This document shows positions 23,785 through 32,000 of a DNA stretch of 32,000 nucleotides, one piece after another. A program made the translations under genes and the position numbers. Origin of the DNA: Desulfocapsa sulfexigens DSM 10523 (GTDB lineage: Bacteria; Desulfobacterota; Desulfobulbia; Desulfobulbales; Desulfocapsaceae). The stretch covers positions 330,001 through 362,000 of the forward strand of contig NC_020304.1 of assembly GCF_000341395.1 (NCBI RefSeq). The letters run 5' to 3'. How positions within the stretch are numbered: the stretch's first letter is position 1; every line of letters starts with the position of its first letter. A model generated the notes under the pieces. The model worked only from the letters and a program-made list of their open reading frames with translations, searched no databases and was not told the DNA's origin.

Positions 23785-24826
23785 TTTAAAAGAGCTGATT
23801 CTGAGCAAGGACAACCTCTATCCGCTGCTGCGTAAACTAAGGAAGGAAGCCCGACTCATTGCACCGGTAAAAAACGAACACGGGGACACCCTCTTCAGAC
23901 CTGTTGGCGACATAGATACAACGGATATCGATCTGGAAAATCAGCCACAGGAATCTCTCAAACCTTTCTTCCTTCCCCAACAGGAAACACTTACCGGATA
24001 CACAATTAACAAGGGTGAGTACAGTTTCAGCCCGCCGCCCCCTGCCAAGAACACCATCTTCTTTGGTGTCAGATCCTGTGATCTTACTGCCCTTCTCTAC
24101 ATGGACCTTATTTTTTCCAAACCATTCAAAGACGCCACCTATTTTGACAGGCGTAACCATTCACTCATAATTACCCTGGGCTGCAACCAGCCATTTGCCA
24201 ACTGCTTTTGCGAAGCCACGGGCAGCGGTCCATACCTGGAATACGGCTATGGCCTCCAATTTATTGACATTGGAGATCGCTACTACGTCTCGGCAGGTAG
24301 GGGGAAAGGAGCCGACCTCCTTAACAAATGGAGTTATTTTTTTCGTGAAGTTGAGGAAGAAGATCAAAATCGTCGATACCAGCTCTTTCTCGAAGCCCGG
24401 GGACAGTTCACCAGAAATATCCAGGTGCCCCATGCCTGCCGAAAGCTGCAGCAGGAACCTGTGGCTGAAGCAATATGGGAAAAACTCTCCAGCCGTTGCT
24501 ATGATTGTGGCGGCTGCGCCTATGTCTGTCCCACATGTACCTGTTTTTCTGTGGATGACAAACCACAGGACAACAACAGCGGAATCCGGGTTCGAAGCTG
24601 GGACGCCTGCACCAGTAGTGGTTTTACCAGAATGACTGGAGGCCACAATCCTGTCGACCGCACCCGCCATGCCCTGAAAAGACGTTTTCTCCATAAACTG
24701 AAGCATGATTTTGCAAGTCACGGGAAAGCCTCCTGTACTGGGTGTGGACGCTGCATAGATATCTGTTTTGGTGGTGTCGACATCACCACTTTTATTGAGT
24801 TGTTCACACAGCAGGAGAAACCATGA
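23777..24826 (+). CDS. AsrA/HydB-like iron-sulfur subunit (anaerobic sulfite reductase A / sulfhydrogenase beta family)
   Basis: ATG 23777 has AAGGTGG upstream and overlaps the fdhA stop by 8 nt. It has two ferredoxin-type motifs, CYDCGGCAYVCPTC and CTGCGRCIDIC, plus an N-terminal CNQPFANCFC. Confidence 0.75.
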   Translation: MIDLKELILSKDNLYPLLRKLRKEARLIAPVKNEHGDTLFRPVGDIDTTDIDLENQPQESLKPFFLPQQETLTGYTINKGEYSFSPPPPAKNTIFFGVRSCDLTALLYMDLIFSKPFKDATYFDRRNHSLIITLGCNQPFANCFCEATGSGPYLEYGYGLQFIDIGDRYYVSAGRGKGADLLNKWSYFFREVEEEDQNRRYQLFLEARGQFTRNIQVPHACRKLQQEPVAEAIWEKLSSRCYDCGGCAYVCPTCTCFSVDDKPQDNNSGIRVRSWDACTSSGFTRMTGGHNPVDRTRHALKRRFLHKLKHDFASHGKASCTGCGRCIDICFGGVDITTFIELFTQQEKP

Positions 24827-25659
24827 ATAAAAATTTCATTCCTGCCCAGGCCATCATCCGGGAAATTATCCGGGAAAATGAACAGATCGCCACATTTCGT
24901 CTGGAACTGACGAACAAGCGTCTCCCCTTCACCTTTCTTCCCGGCCAGTTTCTTATGCTCTCGGTACCCCATTGTGGGGAGGCGGCCATATCCATCTCAT
25001 CTTCACCGGACAGGCTGCCACTCGTAGATCTCTCTATTCGCAGGGCCGGTGAACTCACGACAGCCATCCACGGAATGAAAAAAGGAGATCAGGTCGGAAT
25101 ACGAGGCCCCTTTGGTAAGGCCTTTCCCATCGAAGACTTTGCGAACCGGGATCTCCTCTTTGTAGCCGGAGGAATTGGTCTGGCTCCGCTCAAAAGCGTC
25201 ATTGACCACTGCCTTTTTCAGAGCGGTCTTGAGGAAGACGCGGTGCAGAGCATCACCCTCCTCTACGGCAGCAGAACACCGTCAGATATCGCCTTCAAAC
25301 AGGCGATAGAGTCGTGGCAGAAGCAGGGAGTGGATTGCAGACTAACGGTGGACGAAAAAGACAGCACCTGGAACGGCCATGTGGGGCTGGTAACAGAACT
25401 ACTCACAGATGTCACCATAACCGGCAACACGAAGGCCCTTGTCTGCGGCCCCCCCATCATGATCCGCTTTGTCATTGCCAGCCTTGCCGATCTGGGCTGT
25501 GGCGACGAGTCAATTTTCACAACTCTCGAACGCCATATGAAATGCGGCATGGGGATTTGCGGGCACTGCCATCTGGACGGCAGGCTGATCTGTCTTGATG
25601 GCCCGGTTTTCAATGTGAGTCAGTTAAAAAAACTTGATGTAATGGAGTTTGCCAGATGA
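24823..25659 (+). CDS. AsrB/PyrK/HydG-like FAD/NAD(P)-binding [2Fe-2S] oxidoreductase subunit
   Basis: ATGA overlap and an AGGAGAAA Shine-Dalgarno sequence. It has an FNR-like fold (PGQFLML.V, RRAGELT, GPFG, LFVAGGIGLAPL, CGPPIM) and a C-terminal CGMGICGHC....C 2Fe-2S motif. Confidence 0.8.
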   Translation: MNKNFIPAQAIIREIIRENEQIATFRLELTNKRLPFTFLPGQFLMLSVPHCGEAAISISSSPDRLPLVDLSIRRAGELTTAIHGMKKGDQVGIRGPFGKAFPIEDFANRDLLFVAGGIGLAPLKSVIDHCLFQSGLEEDAVQSITLLYGSRTPSDIAFKQAIESWQKQGVDCRLTVDEKDSTWNGHVGLVTELLTDVTITGNTKALVCGPPIMIRFVIASLADLGCGDESIFTTLERHMKCGMGICGHCHLDGRLICLDGPVFNVSQLKKLDVMEFAR

Positions 25660-27647
25660 ATACAACACAGGAAACCAGCACTGTTACCTTTCTTCCTGCC
25701 AATAAAAGTATCACAGTGAAAAACAGAAGCACTCTTATGGAGGCAGCCAGGACAGCTGGCGTACATATCAACGCATCCTGCGGTGGTGCAGGGGTCTGCG
25801 GAAAATGCCGGGTAATTATTGAGCAGGGCATGGTGACAGGTGGAGAAAGTGAAAAGCTCTCAGCTACAGAATATGTGCGGGGCTACCGACAGGCATGCAC
25901 GGCAGAGATCAGTCATGACATCACCGTACGCGTTCCTGAAGAATCAGGACGCCAGAAAGGGGGATTAAGTACTGACATTCCCCTTCGCCACCATGCCCGT
26001 ATGCACGTCTTTAATATTGATGAACTCAAGGAGGCAGGCATCTTCTACCCACCGGTGGAAAAACTCTGTCTGGAACTCTTGAAACCTGATGCAAACGACA
26101 ATCGGGCCGATGTAGGACGTCTGATCCAGGGCCTGGCTGATCAGCACAACAAGCATCGACTTGTCACCGGCCTTCCCGTTATGCGGAAAATCAGAGCTGC
26201 ACTGCGGGAAAAAAATTTTCTGGTCACGGTAACCCTGGAACAACCCGTGAACAACAAATCAAAGAGTCACCTCCTTAACATTCAACCGGGCAGATGGGAT
26301 CACCGCAACTTCGGCCTTGCCATTGATATTGGCACCACCACCATCCATGGAGTTTTAATCGATCTTTACAGTGGCAAGATCCTGGCTAAGGATTCCTGCT
26401 ATAATCCTCAAATGAGCTATGGTGAAGATGTCATTTCACGAATCATCTACGCTGAAAAGCCAAAAGGCCTTGCCATGATGCAGGATCTGGTGGTGGAAGC
26501 TATCAACACGCTTATTGGAAACATGCTCAACAAAGCTGTCCCCCCAGAGAATAGCGGCCATGGTGCCATAAGCCGGGATGAAATTAACTCCATCACCATC
26601 GCTGGTAACACCACCATGACCCATCTGCTCCTGCAACTGGAGCCAGACAATATCAGACGTTCCCCCTATGTCCCTGTTTCCACATTTTTTCCTCCCCTGC
26701 GTGCAGCCGACCTCGGGATTGAGTTGCCGCAACACTGTGTATCCCTCCTCTTTCCTGCAATATCAAGCTATGTGGGTGGTGACATCGTGGCGGGAGTCAT
26801 GGGATCCGGTATGTACCGTACAGAACTACTCACCCTGTTTATCGATGTGGGCACCAATGCGGAAATTGTTATCGGCAACAGGGAATGGCTTGCCTGTGCC
26901 GCCTGTTCGGCGGGGCCTGCCTTTGAGGGAGGAGGAATCACCCACGGCATGCGGGCAGTGGAAGGTGCCATCAGTGATTTCAGCCTCAACCCTGAAACCC
27001 TTGAGCCAATGAATGTAACCGAGGGCAACAAGGCTCCCATCGGTATCTGCGGTTCTGGTCTTCTTATCATTGTCGCCACCCTCTTTGAACACGGCGTCCT
27101 CAACCAGAGCGGAAAATTTAACGACCTTGACTCATCCCGCATTCGCAAAGGACGAAGCGGTATGGAGTATGTACTGGCCTGGGAAGATGAATGTGCTGCA
27201 GGTCATGACATCGTGCTCAACGAAGTGGACATCGACAACTTTATCCGGGCAAAAGCGGCAATCTTTGCCGGGGTTTCGACCCTCATGGAACAGGTGGGGC
27301 TGGAGGTGGGTGACCTTGAACAGGTTATCCTGGCCGGAGGCTTCGGTTCTTTTATCGACCTTGACAGCGCCATGACCGTGGGTCTGCTGCCGGAGATAGA
27401 TCCTGACACAATTCTCTACGTGGGAAACGGCTCTCTGATGGGTGCCTGGATGAGTGAACTCTCCAACCATATCCGCCAGGATGTGGTTTCAGTGGTACGC
27501 AAGATGACAAGTTTTGAACTCTCGGAAGTCCCCAGCTTTAAGGATCAGTATGTGGCATCCATATTCCTGCCCCATACCGACCTCAGTCTTTTTCCCGGTG
27601 CTATGCAGCGAAGAGCTGCACGGACCCCACCCTCTATCCCACGGTAA
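25656..27647 (+). CDS. [2Fe-2S] ferredoxin-ASKHA (DUF4445/COG3894, RACo/RamA-like) ATP-dependent reductive activase homolog
   Basis: ATGA overlap with the asrB-like gene. The N-terminal plant-type ferredoxin motif is ASCGGAGVCGKCRV...C. The ASKHA/DUF4445 hallmarks are AIDIGTTTIHGVLIDL.SG, NPQMSYGEDVISRIIYA, IAGNTTMTHLLL, DVGTNAEIV and GFGSFIDL. Confidence 0.8.
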   Translation: MNTTQETSTVTFLPANKSITVKNRSTLMEAARTAGVHINASCGGAGVCGKCRVIIEQGMVTGGESEKLSATEYVRGYRQACTAEISHDITVRVPEESGRQKGGLSTDIPLRHHARMHVFNIDELKEAGIFYPPVEKLCLELLKPDANDNRADVGRLIQGLADQHNKHRLVTGLPVMRKIRAALREKNFLVTVTLEQPVNNKSKSHLLNIQPGRWDHRNFGLAIDIGTTTIHGVLIDLYSGKILAKDSCYNPQMSYGEDVISRIIYAEKPKGLAMMQDLVVEAINTLIGNMLNKAVPPENSGHGAISRDEINSITIAGNTTMTHLLLQLEPDNIRRSPYVPVSTFFPPLRAADLGIELPQHCVSLLFPAISSYVGGDIVAGVMGSGMYRTELLTLFIDVGTNAEIVIGNREWLACAACSAGPAFEGGGITHGMRAVEGAISDFSLNPETLEPMNVTEGNKAPIGICGSGLLIIVATLFEHGVLNQSGKFNDLDSSRIRKGRSGMEYVLAWEDECAAGHDIVLNEVDIDNFIRAKAAIFAGVSTLMEQVGLEVGDLEQVILAGGFGSFIDLDSAMTVGLLPEIDPDTILYVGNGSLMGAWMSELSNHIRQDVVSVVRKMTSFELSEVPSFKDQYVASIFLPHTDLSLFPGAMQRRAARTPPSIPR

Positions 27648-27658
27648 AATAAAACACC

Positions 27659-29440
27659 ATGCGCATACTCATCCTCGAAGACTCCAAAGCCAGCAGGGTG
27701 CTGCTGGAAGCCCGCCTCAACAAAGCAGGCCATACAACTCAATCTGCAGTCAACGGCCGTCAGGGGTTCTTCCTGGCAACATCCAGACAGTACGACGCAA
27801 TCATCAGTGATCTCAATATGCCCGGCTGGGATGGTTTCAAATTTATTGAAGCCATGAAGGTTGTCTGTCCCCGAATTCCCATTATTGTTATAACCGGATC
27901 TGCCAACGAACCAGACACCAAAGAACGTCTTCTTTCCTTCGAAATGGTTATCGGAGTCTTTGGAAAACCGTTTGACTTCGATAAAATCAATGTGCTGCTC
28001 AGCCAGTTAAAAGGGCAAAGCAACAGCTCGGTCAGCAAAATGGCAAGGATCGTCGCAACCATCGGGCCTGCAAGCAACAGTAAAGAAATTCTCGGCAAAA
28101 TGATCGTGGCGGGGATGGATGTGGCAAGACTGAATTTTTCCCACGGAACCCACGAGGAGCACGGCCAAACTCTCGCAAACATTCGTGCCGCCGAGACCGA
28201 ATGGGGAAAACCGATCGCCGTCCTGCAGGATCTCTGTGGACCAAAAATCCGCACCGGACAGATGGAAAAAAATGGTGTACAGCTAACGGTCGGGAAGACT
28301 GTCATTATCCAGGCCGATGAAACAGTCGGGACCGCCAGTCGCTTTTCAACCATTGCTCCCGAAATCCTGATCGATCTCCGGGAGGGCGACCCAATACTGC
28401 TTGACGATGGCCTACTGGAACTGAAGGTTACAAAAGAAGGTGCCAGGGAAGTCCTCTGTAAAATTATTGTGGGTGGCATTTTAAAATCCAGCAAAGGAAT
28501 TAACCTCCCCATGACCCAGCTTTCTCTTCCATCGGTCACTGAAAAGGATAAGCGTGACCTGGCATGGGGACTTGACCACTCCATTGATTATGTGGCCCTC
28601 TCCTTTGTCCGTTCTGCAGCGGAAATTCGTGACATAAAAAAAATCATTGCCGCATCCGGTAAAAGAGATATCCGGGTTATTGCCAAAATTGAAAAACCTG
28701 AAGCAGTGGAGCATATAACAGACATTATCGAGGCTGCCGATGCCATCATGATTGCCCGTGGTGACATGGGGATTGAGCTTCCTGCCGCCCGGGTTCCACG
28801 AATCCAACAGGAAATAATCAACCTCTGCTGGCAACAGAACACACCCGTTATAACTGCCACCCAGATGCTTGATTCCATGACTGCAAACACAATACCAACA
28901 CGGGCTGAAGTGACAGATGTCTCTGTGGCCATCAAAGAAGGAACCGATGCCGTAATGCTTTCCGGCGAAACAGCTGCCGGAAAGGATCCGGTAAATGTGG
29001 TACGAACCATGGCCTCAATTATCACCGAAGAAGAACAGTATCAGTTCAAAGATCCCTTTGAAAATATAAAGGATGACACAACAAGGGCTAACCCTGCAAT
29101 CACCGCAGCAGCCAACCTTCCCGGTGTGGTACTGACAATGCTACTGGACGCACGGGGTGTACTCTACCAGCAGTTGTCAAAGTACAGCCGTAACGAGCCT
29201 AATATCCTGGTGACACGGTCACTCCATGTTGCCAGACATTCAAGCCTTTACAAGAACCTGGTGCCTATCATTATACGAGATGACATTCCACGTGATGAAG
29301 TTGTTTTCAAGGCCATGGGTATAGCAAAAGAGTGGGGGTACTTGAAGACAGGTGACATTTTTGCTGTGGTTGAAGGTGAACGCCTGACCCAGGGAGGGAT
29401 CCCACAGACAGGTGCATTCCAGCTCATCACCGTTAGCTGA
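27659..29440 (+). CDS. pyk: Response-regulator receiver domain fused to a complete pyruvate kinase
   Basis: Residues 1 to about 120 form a REC domain: ILILEDS acidic pocket, phospho-acceptor D51 in IISDLNMPGWDG, VITGS, and the conserved Lys in GKPF. From M128 (nt 28040) there is a full PK: ARIVATIGPAS, MDVARLNFSHG, GPKIRTG, YVALSFVRSA, VIAKIE, MIARGDMGIELP, ITATQMLDSM, PTRAEVTDVSVAI.EGTDAVMLSGETAAGK, plus a C-terminal regulatory domain. Confidence 0.9.
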   Translation: MRILILEDSKASRVLLEARLNKAGHTTQSAVNGRQGFFLATSRQYDAIISDLNMPGWDGFKFIEAMKVVCPRIPIIVITGSANEPDTKERLLSFEMVIGVFGKPFDFDKINVLLSQLKGQSNSSVSKMARIVATIGPASNSKEILGKMIVAGMDVARLNFSHGTHEEHGQTLANIRAAETEWGKPIAVLQDLCGPKIRTGQMEKNGVQLTVGKTVIIQADETVGTASRFSTIAPEILIDLREGDPILLDDGLLELKVTKEGAREVLCKIIVGGILKSSKGINLPMTQLSLPSVTEKDKRDLAWGLDHSIDYVALSFVRSAAEIRDIKKIIAASGKRDIRVIAKIEKPEAVEHITDIIEAADAIMIARGDMGIELPAARVPRIQQEIINLCWQQNTPVITATQMLDSMTANTIPTRAEVTDVSVAIKEGTDAVMLSGETAAGKDPVNVVRTMASIITEEEQYQFKDPFENIKDDTTRANPAITAAANLPGVVLTMLLDARGVLYQQLSKYSRNEPNILVTRSLHVARHSSLYKNLVPIIIRDDIPRDEVVFKAMGIAKEWGYLKTGDIFAVVEGERLTQGGIPQTGAFQLITVS

Positions 29441-29654
29441 CCATTGCACACCGCTCTCTTGACACATTGCGGACGCTGTCAGGTACTGCTTTCTTTCCAC
29501 GAAGGTTAACAAACACCAAGAAAGTGTTTGACCTCTGACACTATCTTTCCTAAATACCATACAATTTCCCATTCTTGGTATTATGGTGTAGAGTAGCTGT
29601 TTCAGCTTGCTTTACTGTGAAATATTCCCCTGAAGAATTTTTTGTCAAACATAT

Positions 29655-31370
29655 ATGAGTACTTTTTTAAGCAAAATCTCGAAACTTGATTCAATTCAAG
29701 ATGTAGCTCTTCTGTCAAACCAGGGCGAAACTCTTTTCTTTGATCAAAAAAACAACACACCGGGAGACAGAGAAAGAGCATCTTCATACTGGAATGAGAT
29801 CATTTCAGACTTAGATCAGCCTCAAATGGCTGAATTTGCGTTTACCAATGGAAGATACTATCTCACCCGCACCCCCATCGGCTATCTGATCATCGGATTA
29901 AAAAATGATAAGGCTCTCGAAAAAATCAAGCAGGCCTGCGCGACCATTCTCACAAAACTCTCCAACCCGGCACTCTGCAAACGACTCCTTTTAAACCTGT
30001 TGACTCAGTCTGAGGATATTCTCAAACCAAACATCATAAGAGAACTGCTTCCCTATGCTGATGAGGAAGTCGCGACTGTTCTTATGTTTCTTCTTCGCAG
30101 GGAAAAGGAGATCGCTCCACTGGTCAAGGAAGAACTGCTGCTGTTGATTTGCCAGACACTCGGATACTGTTCTAACAATGATGCTATAGCTGTTTTGAAA
30201 GCCTTTCTGGCCAGCCGTAAAAGCGGAGTAAACACTCCAGGCGAACAGGTCATAGAAGCAGTAAGGATATCCATAGAACAACTTGAACAGAACCATCCTC
30301 CCAAAACACAGGATGGCCTGCAGAAAGCGCCATCTCCTGGGGTCAGGAAAACAGTTCAAGCAGATATCCCCCAGCAACAACAGATTGATGAACTCCTTAA
30401 CAGGGGGAAGAAAGACGAAGCAGTTGCGCTGATAATGCAGCTCATTGAGCAGTGCGCTGGCAAAAAACAGTTTGAAGCTGCAGATCGATTACGTGACTAC
30501 CTTATTAAAATCAACCCCATGGCGTTGCTTGAAATCATTCGTGCTGCAGATGTGATTGAAGGGGCAAAACAGTCAGGGATAGATAAAAAACACCTGGAGA
30601 CCTGGAGTAAACTAACGGAGATTTTCAGTAGTGAGGAGTTTTCAGCACTCTACCATGCCATGGCTCTGAGAAGTTACACAAAGGGGAAAACAATAGTACA
30701 GCAGGGCTCCACCGCCAGAACACTCCTTTTCATCAACGGTGGCCAGGTACAGCTTCAGGCACTTAATCAGGACACATTGATACCATTGAGTGTGAAGGGA
30801 GCAGGAGAAATTATCGGAATAGAAACATTTTTTCAGGCCTCAGTCTGGACGGATCAGGCTAAAAGTCTTGGTTGCGAGGTCTTTTTACTTTCACGGCAAA
30901 AACTTGACGCCCTCAAGGAACAGCACCCCTCTCTCGAACCAAAATTATCCGACTTCTGCGCCAGCTTCCAGTCGGTTAGTGCAGAATTGACAAAAACCGG
31001 CAGAAACAGAAGGCAATTCAAAAGAAAAAATGTATCGGGAAGAATCAGTTTTGCCGTTCTTAACACAAACGGCACGGAAATCACCACAGAAGCAAAGGGA
31101 GATCTTATTGATATTTCAACGGGCGGAGTGGCGTTTTCCATCCACTCATCCCAGAAGAAGAATGCTGCCGCCCTATTTGGTCGTCAACTCAGAATTAGCT
31201 TCCAGACTACGACAACAACACAGATTATCATTCGGAGAGGAACAGTACAGGCCGTTCGAGATATAGATCTTATCGGAAATGAATACTCCCTGCACCTGGA
31301 ATTCAGCGAACAGTTGAGCTATTCAGAGTTGCAACAGATAGCCGGAGCGTCTCCAGAAGCCAGGTCCTGA
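29655..31370 (+). CDS. Multidomain signalling protein: Roadblock-like N-terminus, helical repeat region, cyclic-nucleotide-binding domain, C-terminal PilZ domain
   Basis: The PilZ motifs are RRQFKRKNV (RxxxR) and DISTGGVAF (DxSxxG) near the C-terminus. The cNMP-binding-like beta-barrel is ...KGKTIVQQGSTARTLLFINGGQVQLQ...GAGEIIGIETFF. The N-terminal 100 aa resemble a Roadblock/LC7 fold, which is a weaker call. Confidence 0.75.
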   Translation: MSTFLSKISKLDSIQDVALLSNQGETLFFDQKNNTPGDRERASSYWNEIISDLDQPQMAEFAFTNGRYYLTRTPIGYLIIGLKNDKALEKIKQACATILTKLSNPALCKRLLLNLLTQSEDILKPNIIRELLPYADEEVATVLMFLLRREKEIAPLVKEELLLLICQTLGYCSNNDAIAVLKAFLASRKSGVNTPGEQVIEAVRISIEQLEQNHPPKTQDGLQKAPSPGVRKTVQADIPQQQQIDELLNRGKKDEAVALIMQLIEQCAGKKQFEAADRLRDYLIKINPMALLEIIRAADVIEGAKQSGIDKKHLETWSKLTEIFSSEEFSALYHAMALRSYTKGKTIVQQGSTARTLLFINGGQVQLQALNQDTLIPLSVKGAGEIIGIETFFQASVWTDQAKSLGCEVFLLSRQKLDALKEQHPSLEPKLSDFCASFQSVSAELTKTGRNRRQFKRKNVSGRISFAVLNTNGTEITTEAKGDLIDISTGGVAFSIHSSQKKNAAALFGRQLRISFQTTTTTQIIIRRGTVQAVRDIDLIGNEYSLHLEFSEQLSYSELQQIAGASPEARS

Positions 31371-31381
31371 TGTAATCGGAG

Positions 31382-32000
31382 TCAGGCACGCGCCTTCAAT
31401 TTACGAAGAAGCTCCTCAACCGGACATTCAGAGGTAACATCCATTCGTGCCGGTGGATTTCCTGGCACCAGAAGAGCAGTCCTGCCGTCCTGTCCTTCAA
31501 TATAAGCAGCCTTAAAAACCCCAAGCCCTGAAGATTTACCCAGCATTGCCAGTTTACTGTTTACAGCTATCATGCTACTTTCACCGGCAATTGCCCCAAC
31601 ACCGGACATCCCGCCCAACTCTTGAATAATAAATTTTTTTAACTCGTCGAGTGACAAATTTTCAGCTCCTTCAGAATTTTGGTTTGCAGCTTCCCTGGCA
31701 GCAGTAGTAGAATCAGCATGTTCATCCTTTGCCACCAAAGCCGCCATGATTATTGTCTGGACTGGACTGTTAACCATATTCTCCATAAATGGACAATCAT
31801 GCCGGAGAAACACAGTCACATCATCCCAGAAGAATACTCTGGTTGCCGCTTTAATCCCTTTATATTTCCCAACTCTGGCATCAAGCAACTGGCCATCTTT
31901 AAGATAGAGTATCCCCCCCTCGTCCGAACCGTTATCAAGCATACGTATGGTACATGTTTTCCCTTCCATCTCCATAAGCTGGAGAAACATTGTTGGGGAA
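31382..32000 (-). CDS. DUF4388 (PATAN-like) domain protein, 5' end outside the window
   Basis: The reading frame stays open upstream of the track Met (31990) to the window edge (..SPTMFLQLMEMEGKTCTIRM....GGILYLKDGQLLDARVG...G..A......W). This is the DUF4388 pattern, which normally begins a few residues earlier. The C-terminal third looks Roadblock-like. Confidence 0.65.
   Translation of the reverse strand, partial: SPTMFLQLMEMEGKTCTIRMLDNGSDEGGILYLKDGQLLDARVGKYKGIKAATRVFFWDDVTVFLRHDCPFMENMVNSPVQTIIMAALVAKDEHADSTTAAREAANQNSEGAENLSLDELKKFIIQELGGMSGVGAIAGESSMIAVNSKLAMLGKSSGLGVFKAAYIEGQDGRTALLVPGNPPARMDVTSECPVEELLRKLKARA

Noticed and set aside
27760-28584. 274-aa minus-strand ORF
   Set aside because: It is antisense to the REC-pyruvate kinase gene. 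The composition is Ser/Pro/Arg-rich, typical of a non-coding frame.
1-32000. Looked for CRISPR arrays, rRNA or tRNA genes, transposases or integrases, and canonical defence-system genes
   Set aside because: I saw no regularly spaced direct repeats, no cloverleaf-compatible segments or rRNA-like conserved blocks, and no recombinase-like ORFs. This was only a visual scan, so short or degenerate elements could have been missed.

Overview
This is a 32-kb chromosomal segment. Its gene content looks like an anaerobic, sulfur-metabolising Desulfobacterota (Desulfobulbales-like) genome, but that placement is inference only. I can support about 31 protein-coding genes on both strands. I also support several strand-specific intrinsic terminators, one SECIS element and one MITE-like palindromic repeat. 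I saw no rRNA, tRNA or CRISPR array. From left to right the window has four parts. (i) 1-6.0 kb is a compositionally patchy accessory-looking stretch: DUF3124, YajD HNH nuclease, a frameshifted small secreted protein, tautomerase, cupin, a split YeeE/YedE sulfur/selenium transporter pair, a PnuC-like membrane protein, MarC and a secreted DsrE-like protein. (ii) 6.3-21.3 kb mixes housekeeping and orphan genes. These include a Tim44-like protein, a MotA-loop-like protein with a B12-radical-SAM enzyme and an HI0933 flavoprotein, FKBP, aroK/arfB, ppnP, an HhH-exonuclease, HDOD-MBL and tcdA. They continue with a eukaryote-type hisA followed by a small RHH-like protein and a CPBP protease, a KaiC/RecA-like ATPase and a stand-alone EF-G paralog. 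(iii) 21.7-29.4 kb is the most interesting region: five translationally coupled genes. They encode a selenocysteine (in-frame UGA plus SECIS) formate dehydrogenase, AsrA-like and AsrB-like FeS/flavin subunits, a [2Fe-2S]-ASKHA (RACo/DUF4445-like) ATP-dependent reductive activase, and a receiver-domain::pyruvate-kinase fusion. (iv) 29.6-32 kb is a signalling pair: a Roadblock-like/cNMP-binding/PilZ protein and a DUF4388 protein. All family assignments come from motif recognition by eye. No database search was run.
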